NCBI RefSeq assembly: GCF_006345805.1
Contig: NC_043010.1
Span: forward strand, 47,740,001 to 47,804,000
DNA length: 64,000 nucleotides
Origin: Octopus sinensis
Lineage: Eukaryota
Reading direction: 5' to 3'
Part shown: in pieces, positions 37,242 through 50,962 of the stretch
Layout of the letters: every line of letters begins with the position of its first letter
Position numbering within the stretch: the first letter of the stretch is position 1
The notes under the pieces: generated by a model
The model's database searches: none
Told to the model about the DNA's origin: nothing
What the model saw: the letters and a program-made list of their open reading frames with translations, nothing else
Translations under genes and position numbers: made by a program

Positions 37242-39659
37242 ACCTTGTGTTGTGCTACCAGTTGCTGTGAATCCAATTGCAAAACATATGATCCATTTCC
37301 TTTCACTTTGCGTGTACATATCGAGTCAAACGAAGGTTATTTTGTTTGCTCTTTCAAATTAAAGCACATTTGTCTGAGCAGATTCCAGTAATGTGATCAA
37401 TACTGAAAAGTTTTTCAGCAATCTCATCCTAAAATCACCTAATAGGACAATACAAACTTTGCGCGTGAGTTTTTTTATTGGTGGGGGGAGGGTAGAGTCC
37501 CCACACATCTCAACACAAACTTTCGGACATATATTTTTTCCTTTCTTTACCGTTTATCAAGTTGTTTTAATATGTAACTCCTTTATCCATTTACTCTAGC
37601 CAATATTGTGAATTGGATATCTAGGAAAAAACTGTCCCCTATCTGATCCACAAGACCTAGTTTATATTTCAATATTCTTTTCTACTCTAAGCACAAGGCC
37701 CGAAATTTGGGAGGAGGGGGCCAGTCGATTAGATCGACCTCAGTACGCAACTGGTACTTCATTTATCGACCCTGAAAGGATGAAAGGTAAAGTCGACCTC
37801 GGCGGAATTTGAACTCAGAACATCAAGACAGACGAAATATCGCTAGGCATTTCGCCCGGCGTGCTAACGTTTCTTATTTCTTTACTGCCCACAAGGGGCT
37901 ATACACAGAGGGGACAAACAAGGACAGACAAACGTAAGAAGTTGGTTATATCGACCTCAGCGCGTAACTGGTACTTATTTAATCGACCCCGAAAGGATGA
38001 AAGGCAAAGTCGACCTCGGCGGAATTTGAACTCAGAACGTAGCGGCAGACGAAATACCTATTTCTTTACTACCCACAAGGGGCTAATCACAGAGGGGGAA
38101 AACAAGGACAGACAAACGGACTAAGTCGATTACATCGACTCCAGTGCGTGACTGGTACTTATTTAATCGACCCTGAAAGGATGAAAGGCAAAGTCGACCT
38201 CGGCCGAATTTGAACTCAGAACATAACGGCAGACGAAATACGGCTACGCATTTCGCCCGGTGTGCTAACGTTTCTGCCAGCTCGCCGCCTGCAAACTTGT
38301 TTTGAAGTTCAACATTCCCGCAGCAAAGTGTTGTACTGTCAAAAAAACTGCCTCAGTGCATTCTATTTCAAATTAATATAAATCATATATTGCCTCTCCC
38401 CTGCCTTCTCGACCAGAATTAGTCATCAACATAACGCTTTCTTTCTTTTTGATAGTCAAACTTTTTATGGCTCGCTATATTCAATATGTTAACACTCTAC
38501 TATTTACATTTATAGATTTGAAGTTTTTAATCCATGCTGCCCCATATAAAAATATGCCAGCATATAACAATATATTTTCTTAGCAACTCGTTGGCCAATC
38601 CTTCGGCCAAAACTTTCACTCATGATGCTCGATCACATATACATGTTTGAAATATTCCCCTGTAAATAATTTCAGTTGCTAACAAATTAAATACAAACAT
38701 TTTTTTTTAAAATGGTAGTCAATCCAAAGCCAAAATAGATAAAGTTTTAGTGTGGCGTTGAAAACTTTTTGTGTTATATTCAAACAAGATAGAACTTGAT
38801 GTATATGATATGCTTATTGTAAATAAGTAATAATTCTGAAGATAGTTGAATAGTATGAAACTCTGACAAACAGTATTATAAAATCCTACAAAACCGAAAG
38901 CAAAGCATTTTTTTCTTTCCTAATCGCTATACAATACAATGTAAATGGTTACAGACGTGAATGTTTTTGAAAAATAATTTTCATCAGAGCTAAGAACCGA
39001 AAACAAAAAGACACCCAGTACTAAGGCCTGGAAACCAAGTTACCAACACAATAATCCACATTTCAGTAAATTTTAACACACAGTTAAATGTAAATGTAAC
39101 GAAAATAGAATGCCCTTATCTACTACATTCACTTATATTGTTATGTATATTGATTTTCCTTATCGGTAACCAATTCAATTTTGTTTACATTTGGGTTTTC
39201 GGAGATGGCTTACTAAATAACGAGGCAAGAATTCATGCATGTGAATTACTCGTGTGTAATGATGACCTTGAATAGAGACGGCTGCATGCCTAGTCTGATG
39301 CAGGAGTGTTCGTTATAACACTTCAGCTTCTAAAAACATCTTTCTCATTCCGGATGTTATCCAGAACTAAATTTTTACCTTTCAACTTTTCTTCCTAGCG
39401 AGGTCGATGAAATATCTAAAGTGACTTTAATATGATCGTATCGACATTGTCTTGGTTTTATTCCGATTTACAAATGTAGTTTGATCAAAAGACATGGGAT
39501 ATATATAAACGAAATTATTAGCTTACATAAAAATACTATAAAGAAAAAAGAGAGAAATAGCTGAGTGAACGGAGGAAAGCGTAAAACGAAAGACAAACGA
39601 AAAATAACTATCAGTATGAGGAGAAAAAGTGAAAGAGAAGAACCAGAGAAAAAGAGGGA

Positions 39660-39895
39660 AGAAGTAGTGAGAGAGGGGAAATAGTGAAGTGGAGAAAAGG
39701 AGGATAATAGTGAGGGGAGAAACGAAGGATAATAGTAAGAGAGGGGAAAGAGTGAAGGAGAGAAACGAAGGATAATAGTGAGAGAAGGGAAATCGGGAAG
39801 GGGAGAAACAGAGGATAATAGTGAGAAGGGGAAAGAGTTAAGGGGAGAAAAGGAGGATAATAGTGAGAGAGGGAGAAAGAAGGGAACAAATAGTG
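39660..39895 (+). repeat. Purine-rich degenerate about 40-bp minisatellite (core GGATAATAGTGAG)
   Basis: Core recurs about 6 times and the strand is almost all A/G. Confidence 0.75.
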
Positions 39896-40366
39896 AGAGC
39901 AAGAGAAAAAGAGACATTACAATCGATACTCGACATGCGTGTGAGTATCGCTTAGTTTAGCCTGTAGCTCGACGTTATTTTTTTTTATTCAAGTGCTGGT
40001 CACGTTTACCTTGTGCTGGATTTAAGGTAGTAGTAGTTTGGTTTGGTGATCACTTCATGTTCATAGTGGTGGTGTGTTCTGTAGATACCGGCACATCAGA
40101 CTCCTGATAAGCGCTATGTAGACTCCTTTTTTCCTCTTTCCTCTATCCCTCCCCTTTTCCATTGATGACTTTTCACCTCATCTACAACTACAAACTTTGT
40201 CCCTCCTCAAATCTGTTGAACGGTTCTTTTGCGTTTTTCAAGCCGTGTTTCTCCCTTCATCTTTCTACACGCTCATTTTTATTTTCTGTCACCGATCCTT
40301 ACAACGTCGAGGAAAGAACTTTGTCTATGACGAACAATTATTAGTTACCATTCACTTTAAAACACC

Positions 40367-40471
40367 ATGTCTTCACCAGAACACATAAGACGGGGTATGC
40401 GGACAGTTTTCACCCATCTGATCCGCTCGTCCGTTCTCACCAAAGTTTTGAGCGCAAGTATTATAAAACAG
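40367..40471 (+). CDS. STARD7: STARD7 exon 1, presequence-like (MSSPEHIRRGMRTVFTHLIRSSVLTKVLSASIIKQ)
   Basis: caccATG context, CAG|GTGAGT donor, phase 0 matches exon 2. R/S/T/L-rich and poor in acidic residues. Confidence 0.7.
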
Positions 40472-43400
40472 GTGAGTTACCAATTTTTTTCGATTGATTA
40501 TTTGATGTTTCATTGGGCGATCTTTCGTCGGAAACGTGCTACTACAAACGAAAGATCGCCGTTTAATTGTTTCTATGCAACACATAGAAAATATAATGTG
40601 TACTATTACAGCTCGAATTTACAATATGACCATCTCGACTATTATACAATTATAACTTATCTTTCAATCTACAATCTAAGGAATCTAGAGTGTATATTCT
40701 ACTTCTTAGAGCCTTTGTTATCTACAATCAACGAACTTAAGTCCCAGTTAAAAAAGCAGCCGAGGTTCAAGTTAGTTACACTCGCCACATATTTGTTTCT
40801 GACTTGTGGAGTCCTGTAGTATTTTGCATTAGTTTTTCATTTATAACGGCATTACATAATTTGGCGATCTTTTATAGGATAGTCTGTTGACTTTTATTTT
40901 ACTACATATACAACACGTTTGTATATGATAAATATATAATGCATAACCACATTAAAATACAAATTCAAAACCGAAGGATAGTGTTAATTAAAACAATTGT
41001 CCTCTATACATGGAGATCATTGTATCAACTGTTTTAGTTATGTTTATATGATATATAGCATTGTATATGTGCCAGTGGGTGTGTATACACACTCGCACGT
41101 ATATATAGGCGATATATAGTTACATACCCACGTGTGTGTGTGAGAAAAGGCTTCAATATTTATCATTAATATAAATTGTTGCATGCAATTTATATGCTTT
41201 GACCCAGTTGCTACATAAAAATTGCACGTGGAAAGGGCATGTTATGTTTCAACATCATAGTATTTTACTGTGGAAAACTTGCTAGTTCAAAAACTGGTTC
41301 CATTTGTCTTTATTGCCTATAATATTTTATGTATATATTTATAATCTTTCACTGATCCTTTTAGAGCAACTGATAACTAAGTAAGATAAAACTACTAACT
41401 CATTGTTCGATAATACATCTTGCTATAGAATACAATCTAGTTGTAGTTTCGGTCCAGATTCAACCCTAATCGAGAAGACATTTGATTTAATCAAAGACGT
41501 TCCTGTCGTTACTATTCCTTTTATCTTTTACGGCCAATGTATCCAAGACGACATCATCCTTCATATTTTAAAAAATGGTTGGGCATAAATTGAGGGAGAT
41601 TTAGCTACTGTTTCTAGCCCCTTCGAACGACCGCATAGAGTTTTCGTTCTTGGTTCAATTACAACAGTATACGAGAGGTCAGTTATTTAGTTTTTGGTAG
41701 CAACTGTAGAGTAGGTAGCTAAGTTGTTTTACCATATTATAGTACTATTCGGAACATGTTCTTGAGAAACAAAAATTGGATTTACATGATAAATTACTGT
41801 GTTATTAATTGTTTTTGCTTGCAAGTGCTAATAAAGCAGTTATCTTCTAAACCTCCAGAATTTGTGGTTAATAAGGGGACCGCTGTGTATTTCTGAAACA
41901 TTGCCCTGCCTGAGACGAAGGACATGTACTGAAGAAGCAATTGATATGACTTTAACCTTGGTATAACTCGCAAGGAAACATTAAATTCTATAAAGTTGTA
42001 TATAACTGTGATTCTATTTATTTAATTTCTGCAATTTATATAGTATCGGTTGGTGTACTACACGAAGAAAGAGTTGACTATTCACTAGTATCGCCACATT
42101 TGACATTTATCTTCCCATGCTATTATTAAATAAGCATGTATGTGTGTGTGTATGTTTTTCCTTCTTCTTCTTTCATGGACCATATTATTCTACGGAACCT
42201 TTTGGTTAATCATATGTCCTATATTTCACATCTTCCTTGAAGCTTGCTTACCAATTATTTAAATTAAATATTCGGATTAAATAAGCTTTGGTACTTTGGG
42301 GTTCGTAGATTATCACACTTTACAATAGCATTTATTTATACATTTCAAGAATTAAGCATCTGTGTGCTGTCAAACTATGTGCAAAGTTGATGTTTAAGAA
42401 TTTTCCTTATCAAATAGCAGACTATTTAGTCACTATCTCAACATTACACTGTGATTTCACTGCCTTGTGCAGTGAATTTCAATATCTATTCCTACAATAC
42501 TTGCATGCATTAGTTGCATCAGCTGCTGAATGCAGTCACTCTCGTTGCTTTCCTTATTAACCAACTATTATTGGAAAGTATACGAGTAGTTAGATATTGC
42601 AAGCTATAAAGTTAGCTGCAATATGCAAAAGTTTAGTACTTTGGTCAAGGACAGAAGAGAAATTCCTCAAGTGGTATAGCAAAAAAAGAAAACTCAACGC
42701 AGACGAGATAATCAGGTTATGTTGCATATGTTATATATCATAGTTTGTGAATATGTCGAGTGAAAAACTACCTAGAGTTAACTGTATAAAGTATGAAAGT
42801 AGAGATAAGTCAAGTTAGATTAGCATGTATAAATAAAGTTAGACTTTGCAGAAGAAACAAGACTTAATAAGAATCAATAGAAGTTTATTTCATCCAGCTA
42901 ATTACTTTCTGAGGAGGAATGAAAAGTCGAAGTTTTCTTAGTTTAAAGGTTTGTGAATAAAAACTGTAGACAGTTTCCATAGTAAAGCAATGCTCTGAAT
43001 GAAAATGTCTTACATATCTTTGTACAAGATTCAAAAATAAAAACAAAGTGAGATTTGAGTGCAGAAAGTAGTTTCAGATGTGATCAGAGATCAATTTTTA
43101 ATGTTTATCAGTGAGTGAAGATCTGTTGTTTCCATAAGATTTCAGTGTAAATTCATTCTAAGATGGAAGTGGTTTCTTTCTAAAAGTGGTACTCCCTTGG
43201 CCATGTGAGCAATAGGGTAATGGTAAGTGTATCTAAATCATGTAAGTTGATCAGAGCTAAGCTATTGATCTCTCTTGAATATTTTTGAATATTATTCTAA
43301 TATTCATCTTATGCACTTGTGCAATAAATAGAATCAATTAATGACCAGCCAAGTGGGAAATGGGATTTATGATATTCATGCTTTTCCAGAAAGCATTGAT

Positions 43401-44175
43401 AGTGTAAGTAAAATAGCTATGATTGGGAATTCAACCCATGTCACAAACTTTAGTTGCTAATAGCTTTCTGCCTGTGCTGCAGCACACACCAATCTACAGT
43501 TAAAATAAAGCTAATTCCAACATCTCTGAAGTCAGAGTGTTCAGACATCACTAAATTTCAGAATACACTCTATCATTTTTACCACTCCACTACAGTAATA
43601 ATTAAATGGTCACAAGCCAATAACAAAGCCATTTGAGTTGCTTGAAATAACAGCTATATCTCCCTCACATCACTCTCTTTTTCTAAGGGTGTGATATGAT
43701 GGATATTATTAGAAAAGAAAGATGCATTGGATATTGTGTTCCTGAATGCACTATGACTGGGGAAAATGAGGGATGTCATGGCTGGAATGCCTTAGATTGT
43801 AGATTTTATTTTATTTTTTTTTCATTGAGGACAACAGAAAAAATTATTTTATGAGCCACAGATTTTCGTGAAGCCGAGGTTAAAATGAGAGAGATAATTC
43901 ACTCTCTCTGTGTCTGCTGGATAATATGCCAGTTTTTCAGAGATAACTGACTTGTATTGATTAGCATCTTACCAAAAGTGATCCTGCAGACCATTAATCA
44001 AAGGCATTCTATCAATGATCATCCGGTAGAGTCCAATTGGACTGGATCTTTAATCTGAAGTTAAGTTCTACCCGTCTTGGAGGCTCTGAAAGTAATAATG
44101 GATTTTGCCTGTCCTCCTCTGGCTAACAACTTAAAATTTTAGAAAGTTTTTCATCATCATCAATGCCTCCACCAA

Positions 44176-44988
44176 ATTTGGAGATGGTCTAATGAATGGG
44201 ACCTGTGTCTGAACGTATCAAAGTGCTGTCATCTGCCTGTTGGCTCTCCTCCTGCAACTCAACTTGATTTCGAGCCGGGTCGTCTGCTGCTGGAGAGGAC
44301 CGACCAGGTAAAGGACCTGGGTATCTTGGTGGATTCCTCCTTTTCGCCTTCGTCCCAGTGCATCCATGCTGCCAACAAAGCACGCGGAGTTCTGTTCTTG
44401 ATTCAATGGTCATTCGGAATGCTCGCAGCAGCCATATTCCTACCGCTCTATGTCACGCTGGTGAGACCCATATTGGAGTACGGGATTCAAGCCTCTTCTC
44501 CTTATCTCCTCAAAGACATACGGCATCTCGAAAGAGTCCAGAAGCTGGCTACCCGCATGGTTCTTGGTCTCAAGAATTTGTCTTATGAAGAAAGGCTGAA
44601 GACGCTCGACCTTTATTCTCTAGAAAAACGCCACTGCCGTGGTGATCTTATTCTTGCTCACAACATCATATGCGGAAAGTGTAACCTCTCGAAAGAGCTG
44701 TTCTTCACTCCTGCTCCAGAGCGTCGGCTGCGGGGTCACTCCGAAAAGCTCTATCTGCGACGATTTCATCTCGATTGAAGGAGAGGGGCTTTCTCCGTCC
44801 GGGTTGCGGATCCGTGGAATAAGCTGCCAGACGAGATGGTGAAGATGCCGACGACCGCTCGGTTCAAAGTCTCCCTTGACCACAAGTGGCCTGAACTCTT
44901 TACATGAACACCACCCTGTACATAACTCCATGTCCCATTACATGGCCTTGCTTTTTGCTTTTTGAGCCAAAAATTAACTAACTAACTA
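44176..44988 (+). mobile_element. 5'-truncated CR1-clade LINE, little decayed
   Basis: WSNEWDLCLNVSKC...VKDLGILVD...LVRPILEY...LERVQKLATR...RGHSEKL...FSVRVADPWNKLP in one frame with a single stop (44776). (AACT)n tail. Confidence 0.92.
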
Positions 44989-46336
44989 AATTGTTGAACA
45001 TACATTTTTCATGCTGGCATGGTTTGGACAGTTTGACAGGAGCTGTCCAGGCTCCAACTGTCTGCTTTGGCACAGTTTCTATGGCTGGATACTCTTCCTA
45101 ATGCCAGCCTCTTTACAGAGTATCCTAGGTGCTTTGAATGTGCTACCAGCACTGGTGCTTTTACATGGCAGCATCTGTTGTCGTTTAATGTCTGCTTTCT
45201 ATGTTGGCATGGGTTGGGCGATTTGACAGGAACTAGTAAGCCAGAAAACTGCATCGTGCTCTACTTTCTGCTTTGGCATGGTTTCTACAGCTGGACATCC
45301 TTCCTAACACATGCCAACCACTTTACAGAGTGTACTGGGTACATTTTATGTGGCACTAGCAACAGTTAGATCACCAAGTAATTTGCAAAAAAATCTCCTT
45401 CGAGGGGAGTAGTATTGAGGAGGTGTCTTGTAGTAGAGGAGAGACATAGCTACCTTAGATGAAGAGAAAGAGGAGATAGTTGTAATGGTAAAGATGTGTC
45501 ATGTATCTTGTGTAAATAAAATAAAGTACACCTTTCTAGTTGATAAGCTCTAAGTCAATTCTTATCAAATATATTGCAGCTGTGACCATCCCGTCTTAAA
45601 ATTTTTTTCCGGACATTATATCTGTAGGCCTACATTATCCATTGTTTCATTTCTTTTATTTCAAGTCTGAAAGTTATCTTTGAGGAAGATTTGGTTGCCA
45701 TTTCTAGCAGAGGGATTGACCATATAAGTCCTTTGTTATCTTATTTTCAGATTTTTGTTTTTAAGTTAGCGAATTATTTGTGAAAGGTATATAAAATTAG
45801 TTAACATTAAATTAGTTTGTTGTTTGATAAAACCCTTGAGAAAAACACAACTGTCTTAAATTCATATTTACCTCTTTATACCAGTATAAAATTTATCATC
45901 ATCATCATCATCTTTTAATGACTATTTCCCATGCTGGCATGGGTTGGACACTTTGACCAGAGAGCTACACCAGGTTCCAGTCTGATTTGGTTTGGTTTCT
46001 GTGACTGGATGCCTTTCTTAACACCCAACCACTTTACAGTGTATGCTGGGTGCTTTCAACGTGGCACTGGTACAAGTACATTTTACATGGTGCCAGCACA
46101 GGACTCTTGCAGGAATCCTCTTCGCTAGAGAATATGGCCTTGACACTTCTGCTGTGGAGGATGGGTCTTGAATACAGCAAGGCACCAGGTATCTTTATCC
46201 TTTATCATCTCATCTGAAAGGTTCAGCATTCTGAGGTCATCCTTCTGTACATTGTATATCACTTTCATATTGATGATGTATTTTTATTTATTTAATTTTT
46301 CATTTTCTTTAAAAAATTTTCTTTTTTCTGTTTCAG

Positions 46337-46665
46337 TCACATACTGCAACAACCCTCTCTTGCCGAACAAACACTGCTGTTTCTCTGTTTCGCAAGCTGT
46401 CTGAGAAAGCAAATGCTCAGTTGGACATTCTCAGCACGCATTTTGCCAAACAGTGCCATGCCATTGTTGCCCAGCGGGTCCGCCGTGCACTGCAGATTTC
46501 TAATCTCTACAGCCGACTCTATGACCAGAAGTCTCTGGTACACATGCTTACAAAACTTCGCAACACCATCTTGAAACATACATCAAACAAATCTTTAGGT
46601 TTCCTTTTGAGTGCTTCATTGTTTTCATGGGACAAATACCGAATAACAGATGAAGAGATGCAAAG
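46337..46665 (+). CDS. STARD7: STARD7 exon 2 (SHTATTLSCR...LFSWDKYRITDEEMQ)
   Basis: ctgtttcag acceptor, GTGAGT donor, 329 nt. Ends like human STARD7 FVWDEERIQEEELQRS. Confidence 0.85.
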
Positions 46666-46929
46666 GTGAGTAGCTTGTTATGACTATGTTGCGAAAAAAA
46701 AAATTGTGGATATTGAGTTTTGTATTAATAAATCACTTTTTCTTTTGTTAAAATTCCAGCAACAAGGATTAACTCTGGGTCCCCCGCCCCTGTATAATTC
46801 GTGAATTTAGAGGGTTTAGATTTGCAATACTATCCCTTTATTTCCCATCAAAGATGGGCAGATTGGCTATCTTACTATAATGGGCATTATGTCTGTCTGT
46901 TCCCTCTTGACGGCCAGACAGCTGGACCA

Positions 46930-47840
46930 GTCATCATCATCATTGTTTAACATCCGCTTTCCATGCTAGCATGAGTTGGACGGTTTGACTGAGGACTGGT
47001 GAACCAGATGGCTGCACCAGGCTCCAATCTGATCTGGCAGAGTTTCTACAGCTGAATGCCCTTCCTAATGCCAACCACTCCGAGAGTGTAGTGGGTGCTT
47101 TTACATGCCACCGGCACAAGAGCCAGTCAGGTGGTACTGGCAACAGCCATGCTCAGATGGCGTTTTTACGTGCTACCTGCACAGGAGCCAGTCCAGTGGC
47201 ACTGGCAACAACCTTGCTCGAATGTTTTTTCACATGCCACCAGCATGGAAGCCAGTCAGCTACTCTGGCAATGATCACGCTTGGATGCTGCTCTTAGTGC
47301 TCCACTGGCACGGGTGCCAGTCTTTGAATTTGATTTGATTTCAATTTCACTTGCCTCAACAGGTCTTTGCAAGCAGAGGTTAGTGTTCAATGAAGGAAAG
47401 GTATGCATAAGTGGGCTGGTTACACCCCATAGGCCACAGGTTATGGTTTCACTTGGCTTGCTGGGTCTTCTCACACACTGCATATTTCCAAAGATCTCGG
47501 TCACTAGTCATTGCCTCAGTGAGGCCTTATGTTTGAGTCTACCTCTTCCACAGGTTCCCTTAACCGCTAGGGTGTGGCACTTTTTCACACAGCTATCCTC
47601 ATCCATTCTCGCCACATGACCATACCAGCGCAGTCATCTCTCTTGCACACCACATCTGATGCTCCTTAGGTCCTGCTTTTCTCTCAATGGTACTTACACT
47701 CTGTCGAGTATGCACACTGACATTACACATCCAGTGGAGCATACTGGCTTCATTCCTTGCGAGCTTGCGCATGTCCTCAGCAGCCATGGCCCATGTTTCA
47801 CTGCTATGTAGCATGGCTGTTCATACACATGCGTCATACA
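46930..47840 (-). mobile_element. RTE LINE 3' end
   Basis: MLHSSETWAMAAEDMRKLARNEASMLHWMC. 3' UTR with about 63-bp tandem units and a (GAT)n tail. Confidence 0.85.
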
Positions 47841-48010
47841 GTCTCTAGCAGATTTCATTAACAGACAAGTTTAAATTTGAATGCATGTGAAATTTCAACC
47901 CTGGCAAAATGTCCCCCATCCCTGATATTTAAGGTACTTTCGGCTTCAGTAACTTGCTGCTAGATTTTTAATGTGTCTGTCTATTCATTTTTTTTCTCTT
48001 TTCTTAACAG

Positions 48011-48156
48011 TGTAGCTGAAGACATCTCTTCAGCTAATCTCAAACACATGTCCTCAAAAGAACTTAAAGCTTTGAACTGGCAAAAAGTGATAGACCAGCC
48101 CAATCTCGAGGTATGGCGTAAACCAATTGAAAATTCTCATCTCTATCAGTACAAAG
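48011..48156 (+). CDS. STARD7: STARD7 exon 3 (VAEDISS...WQKVIDQPNLEVWRKPIENSHLYQYK)
   Basis: ttaacag/GTTAGT, 146 nt. Resembles human WEMVMDKKHFKLWRRPITGTHLYQYR. Confidence 0.93.
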
Positions 48157-48342
48157 GTTAGTTAAATCATATTTTAACAATTACGTATGAGTGACAAAAT
48201 GTCTTGTTGTCTAACCCCTGTTTGCCCTGATCATGCAGGTCTATAATCAAAGAAATTACACCCATTACAATCCTGTCTTTTTTTACTATATTCAGACTAC
48301 ATTGTTCAGTGTCTCCTTTCTTTTAGGATAGTAGAATGTAAG

Positions 48343-48582
48343 TTAACCCTTTAGCATTCAAACCAGCCATATCTGGGCAAAATATCCAAAATGTACTATT
48401 TGTTTTTACTGTTTAAACTGAACAGATCCAGCCTCTCAAACTTACCCTGCAATGTCATACTAAAAGTGAACAGTCACTTCATTGAAATCTTGAAGCTACA
48501 AGATTAATGCATGATTAATTCAAAACAATGTGAATAAATAAGCATTACATTTGACAAGCTAATCTGAATGCTAAAGTGTTAA
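48343..48582. mobile_element. piggyBac-type MITE (TTAA|CCCTTTAGCATT); other copies at 5243-5880 and 24335-25005 (both SINE-interrupted), 17630-17845, 52549-52776, 53777-53950, 60670-60860
   Basis: TTAA at both ends, CCC-started TIR, shared internal sequence among copies. Confidence 0.8.
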
Positions 48583-49351
48583 AGAATAATTGGCTTCTGT
48601 TTCTTGTACATTTAACAATCATGTAGAAACTGTCTTGTTGGCTCATGGTTCCCGCACTTAGTCAACTATTATTCATCATGTTTGTTTTCATCTTATGTGC
48701 ATCATTGCATTCATTTTAACTTCCACCTTCCATGTAATAATTATTTTATTGAATTCATACAAATTCTTGATTATTTTCAAAATTAATAGAAAGACACTGG
48801 CAGTGTACTTTCACAGAAAGCTTAAGAGAAGAAACAGCTACTAAAGCCAAATAATTAAATTTGCACAAAAGTAAAAGTCCAAAGGTTCATACTTGTCCAA
48901 AATTTTGGTAGCAGTAGTGGCGGTGGTGGTTTCTCCTATTAAGAAATCATCCAAGCACTTTGTACATTTGAAACTCTGAGGGATAAGTGGTCCCTTTTGT
49001 GAAAAGCGAGTAAGGGTTTTAGCATCAGGAAGGACATCTGGCTGTAAAACAATGCATCAAATAACATATTCCATGCAAGTGTGGAAAAACAAACATCGAA
49101 TGAACGGATATCATTCTTTGTGATTTTATTAGTTTCCATTGTAGTAGTAGCAGCAGCACTAGTAACACCAGGCTTAGCAAATTAAAATAAATTTTAAGGA
49201 TAGATTTTTTTCCTTTCTTGCCTCTAAACTGAAGACAACTCTCTTTTTACCCATGTGTAGTGAGTTTAACATGGACTGCATTAATTTGTCATATATCTTG
49301 TTATTATCATGGGCCAGGAATTCAGTGGGATTTGAACACGTTACTGAGCTA

Positions 49352-50050
49352 CGAGGTGGTATCAAAAGGTTCACAGATTCTATGTTTAATAGAAAATAAC
49401 TTATTTACCTAAGTTTTAACATCATCTCCTTTGAACTAGTCACCTTGCACAGCAATACACCAGTCCCAGCGTTCCTGCCACTTTCAGAATCCAGCCTGGA
49501 AGTCTTTTTTCCATAAGCAAGTTGAGGACCTTCTGGGATTTACTCCAGATCTCAACAACAGTATTAAAACAGCGAGCTTTGAGCTGCATTTTCATCTTGG
49601 AGAAGAGATGGAAGTCTGCAGGTGCTAAATCTGGCAAATGGGGCAGATGTGGAAGTGATACCATGTTGTTTTTGGCAAGAAACTCACAAGTGAGGAGACC
49701 GCTGTGACGGTGCATTGTTGTGAAGAATCTAATTCTTTGTGCTCCACAGATCTGGTCGCTTTTGCCGAATATCCTCTCTCAAATGCTTCACAATGTTACA
49801 GTAAAAGTCTTTTTTGAGATTCTTGCTCTGGGGGATGAATTTTCAATGCACAATACCGCATTTCTGGGGGTGACACTTGTGACAGGTCCTCCAGATCACT
49901 CACTGTCTTCTGGGGACGTTCTTCCACTTTTGAAGCACCCACGCCACTCAAAACATTGCATATGACCCATTGCCTCATTGCTATAAGCTTGCTGGAGCAT
50001 GTTCACTGTCTCTGTAGCAGACTTCCCAAGTTTAATGCCTGCATCTGGTA
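49352..50050 (-). mobile_element. Mariner remnant (classical mariner motifs)
   Basis: IKLGKSATET..., KHLREDIRQKRPDLW, LPHLPHLPDLAPADFHLFSKMK. TA|CGAGGTGGTATCAAAAGG TIR at 49350. Confidence 0.88.
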
Positions 50051-50217
50051 ATAAGAATACTTCAAAATAGGCAGTTTGTATTAGATAACTAAGACACAGG
50101 CAAGTTAGTATCAAATGGGTTAACACATTCATATAAAAGGACAAAACTTTGTCACCTTCAACATAACTTTTGTGAGTTTCTTAATTTTATAACACTATTT
50201 TTTTTCGTTTTTACCAG

Positions 50218-50267
50218 TTCATGGATCTTTCTATGATATTCCGGCCAGTGCATTTTTTGTGATTCAG
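50218..50267 (+). CDS. STARD7: STARD7 exon 4 (VHGSFYDIPASAFFVIQ)
   Basis: ttaccag/GTATGT, 50 nt. Resembles VFGTYTDVTPRQFFNVQ. Confidence 0.92.
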
Positions 50268-50851
50268 GTATGTTCTTTTAGCTTCTGGTACTTATTTCAT
50301 CAACCCTGAAAGGCTAAAGGATGAATTTGATCTTGGTGGAATTTTAACTTAGAGCATAAATGGATGAAATGCCACAAGCATTTTATCCGGCGTGCTAACG
50401 CTTCTGCCAGCTTGCCACCTTAATAATAATAATAATAATAATAATGGTTTCAAATTTTTCCATAAGGGCAGCAGTTTGGTGGGGTAGATTAGTTGATTAC
50501 ATCAACCCCAGTGTTGTAAAATATGTAACTTGGTACATATTTTATTGACTCCAAAAGTATGAAAGGCAAAGTCAACCTGGGCAGAATTTGAGCTCAGAAC
50601 GTGAAGACAGATGAAATGCCACTAAGCATTTTGCCTGGCACGCTAACAATTCTGCCAGCTCGCCATCTTAATAATAATAATAATAACCACATTCATCTGA
50701 GACACTTCAATCTCAATACTGCTGACATTCCCACTGTTTTTGTTTTCAGTCCTAATATTATATTTCTGGTCATATAATAATAGTCTCACCTCATTTTAAA
50801 TAAAGCCCTTTTTATGAACACTAAATTGTTTTCCCTCTTTGTCATTTACAG

Positions 50852-50962
50852 GTAGACTTAAATTACCGAAAGATTTGGGACAAACTGGTAATTAAGCTTG
50901 ACATAGTTGACCGTGATGAAGAGTCTGGTTCTGAGATAGTTCATTGGATCACACACTTTCCT
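50852..50962 (+). CDS. STARD7: STARD7 exon 5 (VDLNYRKIWDKLVIKLDIVDRDEESGSEIVHWITHFP)
   Basis: tttacag/GTGAGT, 111 nt. Closely resembles LDTEYRKKWDALVIKLEVIERDVVSGSEVLHWVTHFP. Confidence 0.95.

Noticed and set aside
40472-40819. 150-aa ORF 40367-40819 as a single-exon gene
   Set aside because: A strong CAG|GTGAGT donor at 40471 joins STARD7 exon 2 in frame, so the rest is intron read-through.
47090-47330. Repeat-spacer pattern (GGTGCTTTTACGTGCCACCGGCAC units; also 5470-5610, 12290-12440, 19505-19685) resembling CRISPR
   Set aside because: The spacers are mutually similar, the units belong to the RTE 3' UTR, and the context is eukaryotic with no cas genes.
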